64,000 nucleotides of DNA. Source: Candidatus Freyarchaeum deiterrae. GTDB lineage: Archaea > Asgardarchaeota > Jordiarchaeia > Jordiarchaeales > Jordiarchaeaceae. Shown one piece after another: positions 1 to 9,732 of this stretch. Every line of letters begins with the position of its first letter. Positions within the stretch are counted from its first letter, which is position 1. The position numbers and the translations under genes were made by a program. The stretch is from assembly GCA_037305845.1 (NCBI GenBank), contig CP147778.1, forward strand, positions 3,232,001 through 3,296,000, given 5' to 3'. The notes beneath the pieces were generated by a model that did no database searches, was not told the DNA's origin, and saw nothing but the letters and a program-made list of their open reading frames with translations.

Positions 1-52
1 AATCTTTTTTTAGGGCAATTCTGAATTTTTTTCGACCCAGAAGGGAAATTGC

Positions 53-1624
53 ATGAACGCCTTGCGAATTAGTGCCACGGGGATGCCAGTTTTGGACTCG
101 CTTTTAGGTGGGGGATTCTTATCAAATTCAGTTGTTACCATATCTCACCAACCTAGTGTTGCTAACTACTGGGAGTTAGTTTACCGCATGGCGATTAGTA
201 ATTTTGATAGTGATTTTTATTCTATTCTAGTTACTTTTCGCTTTTCAATAGAGGAATACCTGAATCGAGTAAAATTTTCGGCACAAAATGACCCAAATTT
301 TGCAGCAATAGTCGAAAACGGTTTATCTGGAATATTCAGCGTTATCGACTGTTTCAACGTATCTGAGGGTGAAGAGGATTCGCGAAAGGGTAATGTCTAC
401 TATGTCTCTAATCCTTTTAATGCGAATAATCTTCTGTCGGTGATGTCTAATGTTAGAGAAAGAGTTCCTGAAGGCAAGCATGTATTATGGATTTTTTTCG
501 ATCTAACCGATATGAACATCGGCTTACCTGAGGATGAAGTTGTAAAGTTCTGCAGAAGAGCTTTCCGCTATCACAAGCAGCGTGGAGATCAAGCACTCTA
601 TTTTCTTAATGAGAAAGCTCAATCGAACACGTTTTTTGCTAAGATTTACCAGTTATCAGATGTTTTCATCAAGCTCATCGCTGAAGAAACCTCATGGGGA
701 CTGACTAGTGCTGTTCAAGTTATAAAGAGTGTTTTTCCCTTCCAGTCCAAGAAGGTCTTTTATGATATAGATGAGAACGGGAAGCTTCAATTCTTAAAAA
801 ATAAACCAGAAAATAAACCAAAAAAGCCAACCAGTAATAATATTTTAAGTGGAAAGGCTGGTGGGGAAGATTTGAGATTATTCAGAACTGGAATACCTAG
901 TTTCGATTCCTTGCTAGGTGGCGGAATGTTCTTGAACTCAATAATAGTTGGTTCTCATCAGTACGGTGTCAGAATTCTCGAACCCTCACTCCAACTTTTC
1001 CGAGACAAATTTGGTGAAAAAACACACGTAATACAGGTCAACTATCATTACTCACCAGATGAATACGAGATTCGCTCCAAAATTTTGAGGCAGAAAGCTG
1101 AGATCCATGAACTCCCCGCAAAAAGCTTTTCAACAGGTAAACTAAGCGTTATTGACTGCTTCAATATAAAAAATAACGAAACCGAAAAGGACAATGAGAA
1201 AAGTAATAATAATATTTACCCTCTTTCCAATCCTTTCAACACGGATAAACTCCTATCAATAATGACAAGGGTTAGAAGCAGTATTCCAGAGGACATGTCC
1301 GCTTTTTGGATATTTACAGACCTGACCGACATGAGTATCGGTGTCTCAGAGGATGAGGTACTAAAGTTTTGCAGAAGGGCTTTCCGATACCACAAGTGGT
1401 GCGGAGACATGGCAATTTACACATTAAACGAACAGGCGCATACCGAAAGATTCCTTGCGAAGCTCTATCAGCTTTCGGATGTTTTCATCAAGTTTATTGG
1501 AGAAGATACACGTGAGGGCATAGATACAAGCATTCAGATCTTAAAGAGTTCTTTTAACTTCAACTCGAAAAAGGCCAAATACCTATTAGATGAGAAAGGT
1601 AATATGCAATTCGCCGAAGATTGA
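53..1624 (+). CDS. Tandem double-domain KaiC/RAD55-like (RecA-fold) protein, degenerate P-loops; paralog 1
   Basis: Both halves begin with a TG(M/I)PxxDxLLGGG KaiC-type motif and end with YQLSDVFIK. Walker A GKT is replaced (SHQPSVANYW; SHQYGVRIL). KFCRRAFRYHK occurs in each half. Confidence 0.75.
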   Translation: MNALRISATGMPVLDSLLGGGFLSNSVVTISHQPSVANYWELVYRMAISNFDSDFYSILVTFRFSIEEYLNRVKFSAQNDPNFAAIVENGLSGIFSVIDCFNVSEGEEDSRKGNVYYVSNPFNANNLLSVMSNVRERVPEGKHVLWIFFDLTDMNIGLPEDEVVKFCRRAFRYHKQRGDQALYFLNEKAQSNTFFAKIYQLSDVFIKLIAEETSWGLTSAVQVIKSVFPFQSKKVFYDIDENGKLQFLKNKPENKPKKPTSNNILSGKAGGEDLRLFRTGIPSFDSLLGGGMFLNSIIVGSHQYGVRILEPSLQLFRDKFGEKTHVIQVNYHYSPDEYEIRSKILRQKAEIHELPAKSFSTGKLSVIDCFNIKNNETEKDNEKSNNNIYPLSNPFNTDKLLSIMTRVRSSIPEDMSAFWIFTDLTDMSIGVSEDEVLKFCRRAFRYHKWCGDMAIYTLNEQAHTERFLAKLYQLSDVFIKFIGEDTREGIDTSIQILKSSFNFNSKKAKYLLDEKGNMQFAED

Positions 1625-1852
1625 TAAAAGGAATCTAAAAAACTAACACTTTTCTAAACTCATAGTAAGTTCTCATAATTGTATAAATTCTCAAAACAGG
1701 ACTACATATAGTATCACTGTGTTGAGCAAATAACCTCGAATAACTAAGAGCATTGCCGATTTTTTGAGAAAACAATAATTTATATTAGACTTATTACTTA
1801 AATATAATTGATGATATGCTATTGAATTTTTGGTATTTTGGTGGGAAAGTTT
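1625..1852 (+). repeat. Intergenic segment homologous to 3443-3659 (tandem duplication unit of the KaiC-like genes)
   Basis: Shared blocks in the same order: aaaaaactaa, ctaaact, cataat..tataa.ttct, aataacct..aata.ctaa, ttatatt..ttactta, ggtgggaaa. Confidence 0.65.
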
Positions 1853-3442
1853 ATGGAAGAATTGAATGTTATTAAGACAGGGATGCCCTTTCTGGATGAG
1901 CTCTTGGGTGGGGGCCTTCTGGGTCCAGTTATCGTCGTTTTCAAACAGCCAGGTGCTAAATTTTGGGAGCTGGTCCATCGCATATTGTACAATAATTATA
2001 ATGATAAATTTTACATGATTACAGTCACTTTTCACTCATCTATGCAAGAATACGAAACGCGAGTAAAATATGCGATGAAAGACCCTGAATCTTTTAAAGA
2101 AATCATGAAAATCTATTCGACTGATAACTCGAGTATTATCGATTGTTTCAGCATACATGATGAAGAAACTGATTCAGAAAAAGGCAATGTTTGCTATGTT
2201 TCCAATCCTTTTAACATGGATAATCTTTTGACTGCGATGTCTACTGTTAGAGAGAATGTACCCAGAGACAAGAGAGTCTACTGGAACTTTCCCAATATCA
2301 CAAATATGAGTATAGGGGCTTCTGAGGATGACCTTTTAAAGTTCTGCAGAAGGGCTTTCCGCTATCACAAGCAGCAGGGAGACCAGGCAATCTACGTATT
2401 TAATGAGAGGGCACATACGAGCATATTTTTTGGCAAGTTGTACCAGTTATCAGATGTTTTCATCAAGCTTATCTCTGATGAAAGATTATGGGGGATTGAA
2501 AACAGTATCCAAGCAATAAAGAACGTTTGGACAGCCCGAGCGACGAAGAAAGCCTTTTATGATGTAAAAGAAAACATGGAGATTCAATTTAGACAAAATA
2601 AACTGGAGAGTAAACCACAAATACCTCCTACAGGCAGCCTTTCCAAGATTAAATCTTTTGAAAGTGGCGATGATAAAGAATACTTGAAAATTATTCGAAC
2701 GGGTATACCCCAGTTGGACGCGTTATTTGGAGGCGGAATATTCTCGAATTCGAAAATCGTTGCTGCGTATCAACCAGGGGCCATATTTGCTGAACCAATT
2801 GAGTATATTGCGTTTACAGCCCAAAACCAGTTGGGTGAAAAAACCCACATAATTTCTATTGATTATTCCCTTTCAATTCAGCAATTCTTAACATATTTTA
2901 AAATTATGGGGCAGAGGATCGGGATTCCCCCTAGTTCTCTAGATAACTTTCTCAATAATCATACTATTATCGACTGTCTTAACGTAGAGGAAGATAAAAC
3001 TGATAATCGGAAAAATAATATTTACTCCGTTTCTAATCCTTTTGATGTGGAGAGACTTTTGTCTTTAATGGCAAATATTAGAACCGCTATACCAGAGGAT
3101 GAACGGGTTTTTTGGGGTTTCTATACTCTAACAGATATGAGCATCGGTGTTCCTGAAGATGAATTGATAAAGTTCTGCAGAAGGGCTTTCCGCTACCATA
3201 AATGGTGCGGCGACATGGCACTCTACATTCTTAACGAGCAGGCGCATTCAGAAAGATTTCTTGCAAGACTCTATCAGCTGTCGGATGTTTGCATCAAGTT
3301 TTCTGCGGAGTACGCGGGTGACGATGTAAATACTCTCGTTCAGGTCTTGAGGAGCCCTCTTAACTATAACCTAGCAAAAGTTAAACTCCTATTAGATGAG
3401 AAAGGACAAATGCAATTCGTTCAAGATTCACAAGGAGTTTAA
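1853..3442 (+). CDS. Tandem double-domain KaiC/RAD55-like protein, degenerate P-loops; paralog 2
   Basis: Same architecture as 53-1624. ATG at 1853 follows a GGTGG SD-like motif (ORF track starts at TTG 1838). Confidence 0.75.
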   Translation: MEELNVIKTGMPFLDELLGGGLLGPVIVVFKQPGAKFWELVHRILYNNYNDKFYMITVTFHSSMQEYETRVKYAMKDPESFKEIMKIYSTDNSSIIDCFSIHDEETDSEKGNVCYVSNPFNMDNLLTAMSTVRENVPRDKRVYWNFPNITNMSIGASEDDLLKFCRRAFRYHKQQGDQAIYVFNERAHTSIFFGKLYQLSDVFIKLISDERLWGIENSIQAIKNVWTARATKKAFYDVKENMEIQFRQNKLESKPQIPPTGSLSKIKSFESGDDKEYLKIIRTGIPQLDALFGGGIFSNSKIVAAYQPGAIFAEPIEYIAFTAQNQLGEKTHIISIDYSLSIQQFLTYFKIMGQRIGIPPSSLDNFLNNHTIIDCLNVEEDKTDNRKNNIYSVSNPFDVERLLSLMANIRTAIPEDERVFWGFYTLTDMSIGVPEDELIKFCRRAFRYHKWCGDMALYILNEQAHSERFLARLYQLSDVCIKFSAEYAGDDVNTLVQVLRSPLNYNLAKVKLLLDEKGQMQFVQDSQGV

Positions 3443-3644
3443 AAAACTAATTTTTCGCTAAACTTCTATAAGGTCTTCATAATCTTATAAGTTCTAGTTC
3501 TCCAAAGTGGGCTTTGCACAGTGTAGCTAAGTTTAGAGAATAACCTATAATAGCTAAAACTAGATTTTTTTTAAAGAACACATAAGTTATATATTACTTA
3601 TATCAAGTAGTTGTATTGTATAATATACATATTCAATTTTTGAT

Positions 3645-5219
3645 ATGGGTGGGAAAAGTGTGGAAGAATTGAAAATCACTAAAACAGGAATACCCTTTCT
3701 AGATTCACTCCTAGGTGGAGGCCTCTTAGGTTATATTGTTACCATTTCCCAACAACCCGGTGTTAAATTTTGGGAGCTAATCCACCGTATACTATACAAT
3801 AATTATAATGAAAAATTTTACCTGATTCTCGCCACTTTTCACCTTTCTCTGCAAGAATACCAAGACCGGGTGAAATATTCGACGAGTAACCCCAAATCTT
3901 TAGAAGAAATAAATAAAATCCTTTCAACTGGCAAACTAAGTGTTATCGATTGTTTCGGTATACATGATGAGGAAACCAATTCGGAGAAAGATAGCATTCA
4001 CTATGTTTCTAATCCCTTCAACGTGGATAATCTCCTTTCCATAATGTCTGATGTTAGAGAGAAAATCCCCGAAGATAAGCAAGTATATTGGTACTTTCCC
4101 GATATTACAAACATGAGCATAGGAACCCCTGAAGAGGACTTGGTGAAGTTCTGCAGAAGAGCCTTCCGCTACCATAAGCAGCAGGGGGACCTGGCAATCT
4201 ATATACTGAATGAGAAGGCTCACTCGGAAGAATTTTTTGCAAAGCTGTACCAGTTGTCGGACGTTTTCATCAAACTTGTCGCTAAAGAAAACAAGTGGGG
4301 ACTTGAAAACGTTGTTCAAGTAATCAAGGGACCTTTCCAAATCCAATCAAAGAAAGCCTTTTACGATGTAAAAGAAAACCTAGAGATTCAGTTCAGAAAA
4401 AATGAACTGAAAAGTGTACCACAAACTTTACTCCCTAATAGTCTTTCTGAAATTAGACCTTCAGAAGGTGCCAGGCATAAAGTAGACTCTGAACTTATCA
4501 GAACTAAAATACCAATACTGGATTCTTTGTTAGGAGGTGGAATACCTCCCAATTCGATAGTTGTTTCTTCGTATCATCAGGGAGTCATGATTGTAGAACC
4601 TGTTATGTATATGCTCCAAGATCAGCTCGGCGAAAAAAACCACGTAATCATAATTAATTATCCTTTCTCAATTCAGCAATTCGCCACCTATTTAAAAATC
4701 ATGGAGAAAAGATTTCTTCAAACTTTTCCTTCGAAAAGCTTTTTGCATGATAACCTTACTATTATTGACTGTCTTAACGTACAGCAACATCAAACTGATA
4801 CTCCGAAGAATAATGTTTACACCGTCTCTAACCCCTTCGATGTGGACAAACTTTTATCCGCAATGACAGATGTTAGAAACAGCATCCCTGAGAATAGGAA
4901 AGTTTTTTGGGCTTTCTATAGTCTAACGGAAATGAGCATCGGCGTTCATGAAGATGAGCTGATTAAGTTTTGCAGAAGAGCTTTCCGCTACCATAAATGG
5001 TGCGGGGATCAAGCGCTCTACATTCTTAACGAACAGGCTCACTCCGAAATATTCCTTTCAAAACTCTACCAGCTGTCTGATGTGTTCATCAAGTTTATCG
5101 CGGAGGATACCCGTAAAGGGATAGATACTTTCATTCAGATCTTAAAAAGTCCTCTTAAATATGACCAAGCAAAAGTTAAATTTCTACTAGATAGAAAAGG
5201 AAGACTGCCATCTGGTTAA
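3645..5219 (+). CDS. Tandem double-domain KaiC/RAD55-like protein, degenerate P-loops; paralog 3
   Basis: Clearly homologous to 1853-3442 along its length. GTG at 3660 aligns with the paralog 2 ATG and may be the true start. Confidence 0.75.
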   Translation: MGGKSVEELKITKTGIPFLDSLLGGGLLGYIVTISQQPGVKFWELIHRILYNNYNEKFYLILATFHLSLQEYQDRVKYSTSNPKSLEEINKILSTGKLSVIDCFGIHDEETNSEKDSIHYVSNPFNVDNLLSIMSDVREKIPEDKQVYWYFPDITNMSIGTPEEDLVKFCRRAFRYHKQQGDLAIYILNEKAHSEEFFAKLYQLSDVFIKLVAKENKWGLENVVQVIKGPFQIQSKKAFYDVKENLEIQFRKNELKSVPQTLLPNSLSEIRPSEGARHKVDSELIRTKIPILDSLLGGGIPPNSIVVSSYHQGVMIVEPVMYMLQDQLGEKNHVIIINYPFSIQQFATYLKIMEKRFLQTFPSKSFLHDNLTIIDCLNVQQHQTDTPKNNVYTVSNPFDVDKLLSAMTDVRNSIPENRKVFWAFYSLTEMSIGVHEDELIKFCRRAFRYHKWCGDQALYILNEQAHSEIFLSKLYQLSDVFIKFIAEDTRKGIDTFIQILKSPLKYDQAKVKFLLDRKGRLPSG

Positions 5220-5335
5220 TACCCGCGCGGGTGACTTTTAGAGATTTAGGTGTCCTTTTTTTAGAGTTCTAACAAAACAAAAAATTAATTAGTTTATGGT
5301 TCTATCTTATTCTGAGTCTTTGGTGGTGTTATGTA

Positions 5336-6256
5336 ATGCTTACTTTTGAGAGTGTACAGAAGATTTTCGATATAGGTAAAGTCAAAATTGGTGGCCAGCC
5401 TGGAGCGTTGCCTACGGTTTTGATTGGTTCAATATTTTATGATAGGCACAAGATAGTTAGCGACCCCATGGAAGGCGTCTTCGATAGGGGTAAAGCGGAA
5501 GAGCTGATAAAGAGACAAGAGGAAATGTCAGACAAGACCGGGAACCCTCACATGGTGGATATTGTGGGTTCGAGCGGAACCGCCATCGTGAAGTACATTG
5601 AATTCGTGGCGGGAGTTACAGATGCTCCCTTTTTTGTAGACAGCACTGCAACTGATGTAAAAATGGAGGGGTTAAAATACTCCGCCGAGGTGGGGTTGCT
5701 AGACCGAGCCGTTTATAATTCGATAACCTACCACGTCTCCGACCAAGAGGTCGAGGAGCTCAAAAGCATCGGAGTGAAGTCAGCGATTCTACTCGGCTAC
5801 AATCCTCGAAATGTAAAACCCGAGGGAAGAATCGAACTCCTGAAAGGCGACGAAAATAAAAAGGGTCTCTTGCAATACGCTGAGGATGCAGGAATCCAAA
5901 ACGTCTTGGTTGACACCGCGGTACTGGATGTTCCAAGCATCGGGATAGCCGCAGAGGCGGTTAAACAGGTGAAAAAAGAATTCGGACTGCCAAGCGGCGG
6001 AGGACCATTGAACGCAGTTCTGGAGTGGAAAAGAGTAACCGAACTGGGAGAAAACGCCAAAAAAGTCTGCGCCGCAACTGCGGTCACAGCAATGATACAC
6101 GCCGGAGCAAACTGGGTCTTATACGGACCGATATATAATTCGGATGTCGTGTTCCCTGCAGTAGCGATGGTGGACGCCACAATAGCATACACGAACTCCA
6201 GGATGCGGGTAATCAGCATCATGACTAAGAATCATCCACTGTACAAAATATTCTAA
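5336..6256 (+). CDS. mtrH: MtrH-family (tetrahydromethanopterin/pterin:corrinoid) methyltransferase
   Basis: N-terminal IGGQPG.LPTVLIGSIFY..HKIV.D and C-terminal HPLYKIF are typical of MtrH. No other mtr genes are adjacent. Confidence 0.85.
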   Translation: MLTFESVQKIFDIGKVKIGGQPGALPTVLIGSIFYDRHKIVSDPMEGVFDRGKAEELIKRQEEMSDKTGNPHMVDIVGSSGTAIVKYIEFVAGVTDAPFFVDSTATDVKMEGLKYSAEVGLLDRAVYNSITYHVSDQEVEELKSIGVKSAILLGYNPRNVKPEGRIELLKGDENKKGLLQYAEDAGIQNVLVDTAVLDVPSIGIAAEAVKQVKKEFGLPSGGGPLNAVLEWKRVTELGENAKKVCAATAVTAMIHAGANWVLYGPIYNSDVVFPAVAMVDATIAYTNSRMRVISIMTKNHPLYKIF

Positions 6257-6503
6257 TTGTACTCACTTATTTGTTATACCCCATAAATGCCTTGCAGTAG
6301 ATTCAGGTTAAGCGAATGTGATTGGAACGGGTTCAAAAATCTTTTTCATTTTATTATTTTCGAATTGAAATAAATTTTTAAACTTTGAAAATTTTTAAAT
6401 GAGAATTATGTGAGTATTTATTAAGCTCTTAGAAGGTTACCCGTTTTGGAGGGATTGAACCTTTAAAATTTATAGAGGCAATGTGTTTTAGGAGGCAATA
6501 CAC

Positions 6504-7097
6504 ATGAGTTTTTGGAAGTCGGCCTATTCTTCCTCTCCTCCTCCATGGGATATTGGACGCCCCCAGCCAGCATTCGTGGAATTGGTGAGCAGTGGAGAGA
6601 TTAGACCGGGAAGGGTTTTGGATGTGGGGTGCGGAACGGGGAATAACGCTATCTTTCTTGTAAAAAGCGGCTACGCTGTCGTAGGCGTTGACATAGTCCC
6701 AGAAGCAATTCAAATCGCGAGAAACAGAGCCACCGAGCAGAATGCCAAAGTTGACTTTCTGGTTAGCATCGCACTAGAGTTGCATTCGCACTTCAAGGAA
6801 GAGGAATTTGATGACGTTATAGATTCTGGGTTCTTTCACACATTATCAGATGAGGAGAGACAGACATTCTCCAGTCAGATAAACCGAGTGCTACGCAGAG
6901 GTGCAAACTACTTCATGCTATGCTTCTCCGATAAGGAACGCGGAGATTGGGGACCTAGAAGAGTAAGCAAGAATGAAATTAAGCAGACGTTCTCACCAAT
7001 ATTCAGGATTAATTACATAAAAGAGACACGATTCGGTACGAGGTGGAGTGACAAAGGGGCTAAAGCTTACATTACGTCAGCAACAAAAGTCAGCTAA
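6504..7097 (+). CDS. Class I SAM-dependent methyltransferase (TPMT/TehB-like)
   Basis: PPWDIGRPQP, VLDVGCGTG motif I, DSGFFH. Confidence 0.85.
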   Translation: MSFWKSAYSSSPPPWDIGRPQPAFVELVSSGEIRPGRVLDVGCGTGNNAIFLVKSGYAVVGVDIVPEAIQIARNRATEQNAKVDFLVSIALELHSHFKEEEFDDVIDSGFFHTLSDEERQTFSSQINRVLRRGANYFMLCFSDKERGDWGPRRVSKNEIKQTFSPIFRINYIKETRFGTRWSDKGAKAYITSATKVS

Positions 7098-7209
7098 GAA
7101 TCAACCTGCAAAGGAAAATACTCACTTTATTATTACAACTAGAATATTTTTAAGAAGCAAGGAAAATGCTAAAATCACCAGGAAAATATCTGTTTTTGGG
7201 GGCTACATT

Positions 7210-8139
7210 TTGAGAAAGGCTACCGAGAGAAAAAGCTTCGTTATTAGAGTTAAAGAACCCTTCAATTTTAATCTCACCATTAAGAAACCTGCGGGATGGA
7301 GTTGGATAAGCCCGTATGAAGTTATGGAACAGAACAAGTTCTGGAGCACGTTAAGACTGAGAAAAGGAAAACTTTTGGGAGTAAAACTCAATCAACGAAA
7401 AAAAGGAATAGAAGCCATAATCTACTCGGAAGAAGAAGTCACAGAGGAACAGGCAAACGAAACATTAAACATTTTCAAAATCGGACTAGGCGCAGATATT
7501 GATTTGAACGAATTTTATGGAATTGCGAAAAAAGACAGCGTATTAAAACACGTAATCCCCGACCTCTACGGAATGAAGCCGTACTTCGCGAGCTCTGTTT
7601 TTGAAAAGGCACTACTAGCAATTTGTCTTCAGATGGCTCCCATAAAGAGAAGCAACGAAATGCTGGACTGTATAACCGATAACTATGGAGAGAACCTAAC
7701 CTTCGATGGCAAAAACCTGAAACACTGGCCCTCAACAAGCAGACTGAGAAGGGTAAGCGAAAAGGAACTGAAAGAAAAATGCAAACTGGGGTACAGGGCA
7801 AAATTCATAAACGAACTCTCCAAGGTTGAACATATACCAGATATAACGGAACTCTGGGGAAAAACCACGGAAGAGGCTATAAAGGAATTAACCGACCTTC
7901 CGGGAATAGGAAAATACTCGGCTGGAGTGATACTATCAAAAAACACTTTCCCAATTGACGTTTGGAGCAGCAGCATCTTCCACAAATTGTTTTTCCGAAA
8001 AGCCCCAGACAAACCACGCGACGTAATAGAAAAAGTAATCGAAGAAGCTGAAAAAAGATACAAGAAATGGAAGTGGGAAGCCTTCGCTTATGTATTGAAC
8101 GATCTTCCCAAACTGGAGCCAATTATAAAGAACATCTAA
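7210..8139 (+). CDS. HhH-GPD DNA glycosylase (AlkA/Ogg family)
   Basis: LGYRAKFI, HhH LTDLPGIGKYSA, FPIDVW with catalytic Asp. In-frame TTG at 7210 avoids overlap with the upstream gene (track ORF starts at 7048). Confidence 0.8.
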   Translation: MRKATERKSFVIRVKEPFNFNLTIKKPAGWSWISPYEVMEQNKFWSTLRLRKGKLLGVKLNQRKKGIEAIIYSEEEVTEEQANETLNIFKIGLGADIDLNEFYGIAKKDSVLKHVIPDLYGMKPYFASSVFEKALLAICLQMAPIKRSNEMLDCITDNYGENLTFDGKNLKHWPSTSRLRRVSEKELKEKCKLGYRAKFINELSKVEHIPDITELWGKTTEEAIKELTDLPGIGKYSAGVILSKNTFPIDVWSSSIFHKLFFRKAPDKPRDVIEKVIEEAEKRYKKWKWEAFAYVLNDLPKLEPIIKNI

Positions 8140-8180
8140 AACACACACATCGTTTCTATTATTTTATCCACCGATGGACT

Positions 8181-9332
8181 TTAATGCAACATTTGACTAA
8201 AACCGCCATCAACTACAATTACTTGTCCTGTTATGTAGCTTGCATCCGACGACGCTAGAAAGCTTGCGGCAGCAGCTATATCCTCTGGTTTACCCCACCT
8301 TTGCAAAGGAATACTTTTTAAAAGATCCGGATAAGACTGAATGACTGCTTTTGACATGGGTGTTTCCATTATTCCAGGTGCTATCGCGTTCACAGTGATT
8401 CTTCTTCCTGCCAAAGCTATCTCCGCCATCAGCGACCTGGTTAGCCCTATTATCGCGGCTTTCGCCGCACTGTAGTGAGTTACGAATGGTCCTCCAGCAA
8501 TTCCATCTATAGAAGAAATGTTGATGATTCTTCCATCTTCCTTCATGCTTTTGAGAACTGCCCTACAGAACAAGAACGCTCCTTCAACATGGACCCGGAA
8601 CATATTCCGCCATTTTTCTAATGTTATATTTGATATGTCGGCCATGTCCAATATTCCCGCGTCATTCACAAGTATATCTACACTTCCAAAGTTTTTTTCC
8701 GTATCCGTGACTGCTCTATTCACTTGCTCTTCATCTCTTACGTCGCACTCAATTGCTATTGCTCTTCCTCCCAAGTCTTTAATTTCTTTTGCCACCTTTT
8801 TAGCATCTCCAAGGTTAAGGTCGACCACAGAAGCCTTCGCTCCCTCTAATGCGAAGCGACGAACAATCTCTCGTCCAATGCCCGAAGCAGCCCCCGTCAC
8901 CAAGGCAATCTTACCCACCAATCCTTCTTTGATAGCTACAGTCTCCGAAAAATAATTACTTGTGTAGAAGTTTCCGTTCCTCTTGAGGAGTTTGGATTCG
9001 CAGACCTCTGCGTCTGACTCTATCTGGCTGTGTGGTTTGGCTACCCATTCGCTGCTCTTCCTGCTCTTAACTGGAATCTTTGCCCAGTACTCGGCTATTT
9101 TCGTGCTCAGCCGTTTAGCATTGAGAAGGCCTTTTCTCATTGAAGGAGGATATTCTCTGATGGGCTTGATTCTCTGGTAATGGCGTTTGGCCTGTTGCTC
9201 GTTGGTTGAATGGAGCTCTGCGTTTTCGCCGTTTAGGGAGCGCTGAAGGTTCTCATATTCCCGTTCAAGAAATCTTTTATTAACTCCACTAAAATGTAGT
9301 GTTTTGGTTCGTATCATTTTCTCAACTTTCAT
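8181..9332 (-). CDS. Short-chain dehydrogenase/reductase (FabG-like) with in-frame N-terminal TnpB-derived extension
   Basis: SDR motifs TGAASGIG, NDAG, YSAAK in 8181-8933. The first ~123 aa are not SDR-like. The position matching the paralog's ATG is ATC (8931-8933). Confidence 0.8.
   Translation of the reverse strand: MKVEKMIRTKTLHFSGVNKRFLEREYENLQRSLNGENAELHSTNEQQAKRHYQRIKPIREYPPSMRKGLLNAKRLSTKIAEYWAKIPVKSRKSSEWVAKPHSQIESDAEVCESKLLKRNGNFYTSNYFSETVAIKEGLVGKIALVTGAASGIGREIVRRFALEGAKASVVDLNLGDAKKVAKEIKDLGGRAIAIECDVRDEEQVNRAVTDTEKNFGSVDILVNDAGILDMADISNITLEKWRNMFRVHVEGAFLFCRAVLKSMKEDGRIINISSIDGIAGGPFVTHYSAAKAAIIGLTRSLMAEIALAGRRITVNAIAPGIMETPMSKAVIQSYPDLLKSIPLQRWGKPEDIAAAASFLASSDASYITGQVIVVDGGFSQMLH
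8964..9332 (-). pseudogene. tnpB: Truncated N-terminal fragment of an archaeal TnpB/Cas12f-like nuclease (no RuvC)
   Basis: LEREYENLQR.L.G...ELHS...QQA, REYP, TKIAEYWAKIPVK, PH..I......ESKLLKRNG.FY resemble the N-terminus of small archaeal TnpBs (recognised from memory, not searched). Confidence 0.6.
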
Positions 9333-9407
9333 GTTTCAGACCCAAACTCAAATACTTGAAAATCTTATTTAAACACATCACAATTTTCTCCGCGTTTTCT
9401 TTCGTTT

Positions 9408-9616
9408 AGCAAGGATGAAATTAAGCAGACATTGCCGCCAATGTTCGGCATCAATTACGTACGAGAGACACATTTCGGGACAGGGTTGAATGGTGAATAA
9501 TCAAAAGCTTACATTACGTCAGCAACCAAGGTCAGCTAAGCCTAGCCTGCAAGGTTTGACATTCGGTATATTATTACAAATCGGATTTTTAAGGAAAAAG
9601 GAAAGTTCTTAAATCA
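9408..9616 (+). pseudogene. Duplicated 3' fragment of the SAM methyltransferase gene plus its downstream spacer (copy of 6966-7177)
   Basis: Translates SKDEIKQTLPPMFGINYVRETHFGTGLNGE*SKAYITSATKVS* versus SKNEIKQTFSPIFRINYIKETRFGTRWSDKGAKAYITSATKVS*. Identical block aaagcttacattacgtcagcaac. Confidence 0.85.
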
Positions 9617-9732
9617 ATTATCTTATTTAAGAAACAAGGAGGGAGCCAAACGTGGGGTAAAAAATAAGGGTTGAGATTAACGGTCGGCTTTTTTTTATTT
9701 TTAAGTTCGTTCGTCTAAATACACTCTTAAGA

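Noticed and set aside
545-5010. Six ~35-bp near-identical repeats as a CRISPR-like array
   Set aside because: They are in-frame coding copies of KFCRRAFRYHK spaced ~800-1000 bp apart, with synonymous differences.
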